From NCBI GenBank assembly GCA_036271335.1, contig DATBAW010000161.1, forward strand, positions 1,255 through 65,254: 64,000 nt of DNA. The letters are read 5' to 3'. Positions 45,387 through 64,000 of this stretch are shown here, in pieces; the first letter of the stretch is position 1; each line of letters opens with the position of its first letter. Below the pieces are notes generated by a model. That model saw nothing but the letters and a program-made list of their open reading frames with translations, searched no databases and was not told the DNA's origin. The DNA comes from Thermoanaerobaculia bacterium (GTDB lineage Bacteria > Acidobacteriota > Thermoanaerobaculia > Multivoradales > UBA5704). The translations under genes were made by a program, and so were the position numbers.

Positions 45387-48300
45387 AGGGCCGCTCCCAT
45401 CTCGGCCAGCCTGAGAGCCGCCTCGTCGGGCGATAGCCCCTCGATGAGGGCCAGAAGCGCTTCGAGATCCTCGGCGCTCTCCTCGCCCTTGGCGCGGCCG
45501 ATCAGCTTCGCCAGCTCGACGATCGTGGGCGCCTCGAACAGCGCCGTCACCGGCAGATCGGCCTCGAACAGGGTGCGGATCTGGGTGACCATCTGGATCG
45601 CCAGCAGGGAGTGGCCACCGAGCTCGAGGAAGCTGTCCTCGACGCCGATCGGCGCGATCCCGAACAGCTCTTCCCAGAGGCCGGCGAGCCGGCTCTCGCG
45701 CTCGTTGCGCGGCTCGACGTAGGCGGCGCCGAGCCCCCCCGGCCGCTCCGCTTTCTCGCCGCGATGCAGCGGCGCCATCTGGGCGAACAGGCTCTCGGCG
45801 GTGATGGAGTCGGTCTCGGCGATCATCGCCGGCAGATCGCGCGACGCCACGATCACCTGCGGCAGAGGGGAGGCGAGCAAGCGGTGCAACGCCTCGCCGC
45901 TCCGTCCGGCAGTGACGCCCCAGGCGGCGACGTTCTTCTGGATCTCCTCCGGCTGCAGGCCGCCGCCGGCGCCAGCCGCCGCGGCGATCAGCCACCCCTC
46001 CCACTGGTAAGGGTCCCAGTGCGCGGCAACGGTGAAGGGGCCCTCACCGCCGGCCCGCCGGCGGGCCACGGCGTCGAGAAAGGCGCCGGCGGCGGCGATG
46101 TCGACCTGGCCAAGGCCGCCGGTGAACGCCAGGGTGGAGGACATCAGCAGCACGAAGGCGGGGGGCTCAGGGTCGGAGTCGAAGGCCGCCAGCCAGGCTT
46201 CGGCGCCCAGCGCCGCAGGGTCGATGGCGGCGCGCAGGGCCTCGGCGGTCTTGAGCTGGATCAACCCGCCGGTGAACGCCCCCGCGGTGTGGAACGCTCC
46301 CTGGAGTGGACCGAGGGCGGCGCGGACCTGGGCCAGCGCCGTCGCGGCGCCTCCCGGCTCGGCGCGGACCAGCAGCAGCCGTTCGCGCTCCTCCGCCCCG
46401 AGTCCAGAGAGCCGACGGACCGCCGTGCCGAGCACGTCAGCTCCCGGCGGTACCGCCGGCAGGCCCTCCCAGCCGTCCCAGCGCTCGGGCGGTGGGAACT
46501 GCGGCGGCACCACCAGCGCAACCCGCGCATCCAGGGTCCGCAACAGCCGCTCGGCGAGGAGCACGCCGGCCCCATGAACGCCGTCGGTGATCAGGTAGGC
46601 GCCGCCCGGGACCAGGCGCGAGGCCGCCGTCTCCCCCAGGCGCACCCGCTCGAAGGAGCGCACCCAGCGCCGCCGGCCCCGAAAAGCGACCGCGACGTCG
46701 GCCGGGCCACCTGCGACCAGCGACGCTTCGGCCAGGAGCTGGTCGATCAGCCGTTCCTCCGCGGCCGAGCCGGCGGCGACGGGGACGACGTCGATGGCGG
46801 CGCAGGTCAGCCGCGAGGACTCCTGGTGGATCACCTTGACGGCGCCGAGGACGGTGGCCTTGCCCGGGTGGACCGGATCGCCGTCTGTCACGTCGTGCAG
46901 GCCGTCAGCCACCATGGCGAGATGCACCGGCGAGCTTTCGCCGCCGATGGCGGTGACCGCCTGCTCGAAAAGGATCAGACTGAGCAGCCCGCTCGTCTGC
47001 GCCGGCGCGAAGCCGGGGTCGGCGCCGGTCACGCCCCAGAGGTGGAGGACCCTGCCGGGAAGCTCGCCAGCGGTCCGCAGGTGCTGAAGAAGGCTGTCGT
47101 AGTCCTGACGCCGGTCGGGGTCGACGGTGAAGGCCTCGCCGTCGGCCTGGAACCCGGTACCGGCCGCGACGGTCGAGACGGGAAGCCCCTCGCGCCGCAG
47201 CCGCGCGGCAATCCGCTCGCCCAGGCCGCCGCGGTCGAGGAAGATCAGCCAGCCGCCCGTCAGGGACACGTCTCGCGCGAGCGGCGCCTGCTTCCAGGCC
47301 GGTGCCCAGAACCAGTCCGCGAGATCGGCCTGCGCCGCCGCGACAGGAGAAGCCGCAGCCGTCACGGAGCCCATGGCCGGCGGCTCGATCCAGCAGCGCT
47401 GGCGCTCGAAGGGATAGGTCGGCAGAGGCACTCGTCGCCGGCGCTCACCGGCATACAGCGCGTCCGGGTCGAAGGGCACACCGGCTACCCAGAGCCGGCC
47501 GAGGGCGTCGAGCAGAAGCGCGAGGTCCGATCCCTCCTCGCTCGCCCGCCGCAGGGTGCCGACCGCGATCCGCCCTGCTCCCCCCTCCGGTTGCTGGCGC
47601 ACCAGGGTGGCGAGCGTTCCCCCGGGACCGACCTCGACCATCACGCGGTCGGGATCGCGCAGCAGCTCGGCAAGCCCTTCGGCGAAGCGCACCGGCTGCA
47701 CCATGTGGCGCGCCCAGTAGCCGGGATCCTGGAGGTCGGCGGCGGTGATCCAGGTGCCGGTGACGTTCGACAGGTAGGGGATTTTCGGTGCCCCCACTCG
47801 CGCCGTGCCGGCGAGCGCGGTCAACGTCGCCGCGGCCGGCTCCAGCATCGGCGTGTGGAAGGCGTGGGTGGTGGTAAGTCGCAGGCAGGTCACTCCCCGC
47901 CCGCCGAGCTGACGCTCGAGCTCCGCCACCTCGTCCTCGGGACCGGCGGCGACAGAGAAGTGTGGCCCGTTGGTAGCGGCGACGGCGAGCGCTCCCTTGA
48001 GCAGCGGCCGCAGGTCGGCCTCGGGGAGCGGCACGGCGAGCATCGCCCCGCCCGGGAGCTCCTGGATCAGCTTCGCCCGCCGCGCCACCAGGGCGAGAGC
48101 GTCCGCGAGCGAAATCGCCCCCGACAGGCAGGCGGCGACATACTCTCCCAGGCTGTAGCCGATCATCGCCTGCGGCTGGATCCCCCAGCCCATCAGCAGC
48201 CGGGCGAGCGCATATTCGACGACGAAAAGGATGGGCTGCGCGTGCTCGGTACGGGCGAGGCGGCGGGACGCCTCGTCCCCAGGCTCGGCGCCGCGGCGGA

Positions 48301-50087
48301 GCATGGCGCGCAGATCGGTCTTCCGCTCGGCCCCCGACTCGCCCGCAGGGCGCGGCGCCGCCGAAAGCAGGAGCTCGCGGACGTCGGCTCCCAGGTGCGC
48401 CCGCAGGATCTCCGCGCAGCGGTCCACCTCGATCGCGAACGCCGGCTCGGCATCGTAGAGCTCGCGCCCCATGTCCACATAGTGGTCGCCGAGACCGGGA
48501 AAGAGGAAGACCACCGGCCGCTGGCCGCCACCGGAGACGCCGGTGACGCCGCGCCCGTCCCGCAGCGAAGCGACGGCGTCCGCGACGTCTCTGCAGACCA
48601 GGGCCCGGCGGTGGCTGAACGCCTTGCGTCCCACCTGCAAGGTAAACGCGGCGTCGGCCAGATCGAGGTCCCCGGCCTCCAGCCGGCCGGTCAGCCGGTC
48701 CGCCTGCGTGGCGAGCGCCGTCGGCGTGCGCGCCGAGAGGGTCAGCAGCTGCCACGGACGCGACGGACCGGAAGGTTGCTGTGTTGGCGGCTCCTCCAGC
48801 ACGACATGGACGTTGGTGCCGCCGAGACCGAACGAGCTGACTCCCGCGCGGCGGGGAGAGAGGTCCACCGGCCAGGGTGTCGCTGCGGTCGGCACATAGA
48901 AGGGCCCGAAGTCCACCTGCGGATTGGGACGCGCGAAACCGACGCTGGGGGGGATCGTGCCATGGCGCAGCGCCAGGACGGTCTTGATCAATCCGGCCGC
49001 GCCGGCCGCGGCGTTCAGGTGGCCGAGGTTGCTCTTGACCGATCCCAGCGCGCAGGGGCCGCCGCCATGCCCGGCCTGAGTGAAGGCCTGGCGCAGGGCC
49101 GAGACCTCGATCGGATCGCCGAGAGCGGTGGCGCTGCCGTGCCCCTCGACGTACCCGAGGGTGTCCGGCTCGATCCCGGACATGAGCAGGGCCTCGGCAA
49201 TCACCTCGGCCTGCCCCTCGATGCTGGGAGCAGTGAACCCCACCTTGGCCGAGCCGTCGTTGTTGGCCGCCGAACCGAGGATGACGGCGTGGACGGTGTC
49301 CCCCGAAGCCAGGGCGTCCGCCAGACGCTTGAGCACCACGACGCCCGCCCCCGTCCCCGGCACCGAGCCGCCGGCCCCGGCGTCGAAGGACCGGCAGTGG
49401 CCGTCTGGCGAGGAGATGCTCCCCTCCTGGTAGAGGTACCCCTCGGCGACCGGCGCGCTGATCGACACGCCGCCGGCGACCGCGAGATCGGACTCGCCGG
49501 CGAGCAGGCTCTGGCAGGCCATGTGGACGGCCATCAGGGCGGTCGAGCAGGCGGTCTGCACCAGGGTGCTCGGGCCACGCAGGTTCAGCTTGTAGGAGAG
49601 CCGGGTGGCGGCGAAGTCGCGGTCGTTGAGGATCAGCACCTGGAGAGTACCGGCCTTCCGCAGCTCCTCGACGTTCGGCAGCAGGTTCGACAGCAGGTAC
49701 GAGCTGGTACCCGAGCCGACGAACACCGCCGCGCGGGCGCCGCCGCGCTCGGGATCGCAGCCGGCGTCCTCCAGCGCCTCCCAGGCGCACTCGAGCAGCA
49801 CCCGGTGCTGGGGATCCATCAGCTCGGCCTCGCGGGGCGTGAAGCCGAAGAAGGCGGGCTCGAACAGCTCGACGCCCGCGGCCACCCCCTTGGCGCGCAC
49901 GTAGGCGGGATCGCCCACCAGCGCGGGATCGGCTCCCGCCGCGATCAGCTCCTCCGCGCTGAAGAAGGAGATGGACTCGACGCCGTCGCGGAGGTTCCGC
50001 CAGAGCTCGTCGACCGAGCCGGCGCCGGGAAACCGGCCGGACATGCCGACGACGGCGATGCCCTGGGCCGGGGAGGTCTCAATGGAA

Positions 50088-50095
<8 letters not shown>
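45383..50095 (-). CDS. Type I PKS module: KS-AT-KR*(inactive)-carrier (1570 aa)
   Basis: KS: GIAVVGMSGRFPGA, TACSTAL (Cys 49547-49549), EGHGSATALGDPIE, KSNLGHLNAAAG. AT: GYSLGE (Ser 48152-48154) and HAFH (~47846-47866). KR-like region 46000-47330. Carrier [12 protein letters not shown] (Ser 45608-45610). The ATG at 50095 overlaps the NRPS-A stop (ATGACTGA). Confidence 0.95.
45480..45700 (-). other. Carrier domain of the PKS module with a PCP-type GGHSL signature
   Basis: [44 protein letters not shown]; Ser codon 45608-45610. Boundaries approximate. Confidence 0.8.
46000..46615 (-). other. KR catalytic subdomain with degenerate cofactor and catalytic motifs (KR0)
   Basis: The Rossmann motif reads YLITDGVHGAG (46565-46597) instead of the GxGxxG-type LITGGTGxLG. 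The Lys position reads P-A-A-L-G-A (Ala codon 46214-46216). The Tyr/Asn motif reads GQVDIAAAG (Ile codon 46097-46099) instead of GQxxYAAAN. The Ser (MSS) is retained. A psi-KR-like structural subdomain lies upstream (~46620-47330). Confidence 0.7.
47400..48520 (-). other. Acyltransferase (AT) domain, malonyl-type motif
   Basis: VVFLFPGLGDHYVDMG, GYSLGEYVAA (Ser 48152-48154), HAFHTPM (HAFH is associated with malonyl-CoA selection). Boundaries approximate and include the post-AT linker. Confidence 0.8.
48790..50070 (-). other. Ketosynthase (KS) domain, Cys-His-His triad intact
   Basis: Cys in VQTACSTALMAVHMA (49547-49549), His in VEGHGSATALGDP and KSNLGHLNAAAG; ends GGTNVHVVLEE (~48791-48823). 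Confidence 0.85.

Positions 50096-64000
<13,905 letters not shown>

Noticed and set aside
45387-46004. Upstream 206-aa extension of the tracked 700-aa ORF 43902..46004.
   Set aside because: It overlaps the PKS carrier/KR region in another frame and is low-complexity. Homology to the NRPS-D/E N-termini starts exactly at the TTG at 45386.
47445-49790. Same-strand alternative-frame ORFs inside the megasynthase genes (for example 47445..49790 at 781 aa, 39941..41584, 16384..17949, 42650..44080, 53491..54891, 29229..30389).
   Set aside because: They give Arg/Pro/Gly/Ala-rich low-complexity translations with no motifs and are fully nested in genes whose primary frame carries complete domain signatures. 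These are typical high-GC frame-shadow ORFs.

Overview
High-GC bacterial window (about 70% G+C by eye). It is almost entirely occupied by one minus-strand biosynthetic operon, a collinear hybrid NRPS-PKS assembly line running from beyond the right edge (>64000) down to 10179. In transcription order the genes are: NRPS-A (upstream T | C-A-T-T-T | C-A-T | C-A-T | C-A-T; 5' end outside the window); PKS-B (KS-AT-KR*-T, KR catalytically degenerate); a free-standing condensation-domain protein; NRPS-D (C-A-T-E | C-A-T); NRPS-E (C-A-T | C-A[nMT]-T); and NRPS-F (five modules, one with nMT, ending in TE). That gives 13 complete NRPS modules plus one PKS module in view. All five junctions between the six assembly-line genes are start/stop overlaps (ATGA x3, TTGA, ATGACTGA). 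A signal-peptide-bearing M13 zinc peptidase starts 8 nt after the TE gene. Further downstream on the same strand lie a CmlA-like diiron (metallo-beta-lactamase fold) beta-hydroxylase, a polytopic M28 peptidase, and tRNA-Glu(UUC), which I take as the probable cluster edge. The left flank holds a small hypothetical ORF with an AT-rich promoter island, a 92-aa GNAT-like protein, an ArnT/PMT-like GT-C glycosyltransferase, a pair of inverted REP-like palindromes, and the 3' part of an M49 peptidase gene. The most unusual points are three tandem carrier domains in one NRPS module, the dead KR, a family of head C domains with HHxxxD(W/Y) that includes the free-standing one, and peptidase/hydroxylase genes wired to the TE gene. 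The many very long plus-strand ORFs are codon-register antisense artefacts. No CRISPR array, transposase, integrase or rRNA was seen. All calls come from manual motif reading; no database search was possible, so novelty cannot be asserted.
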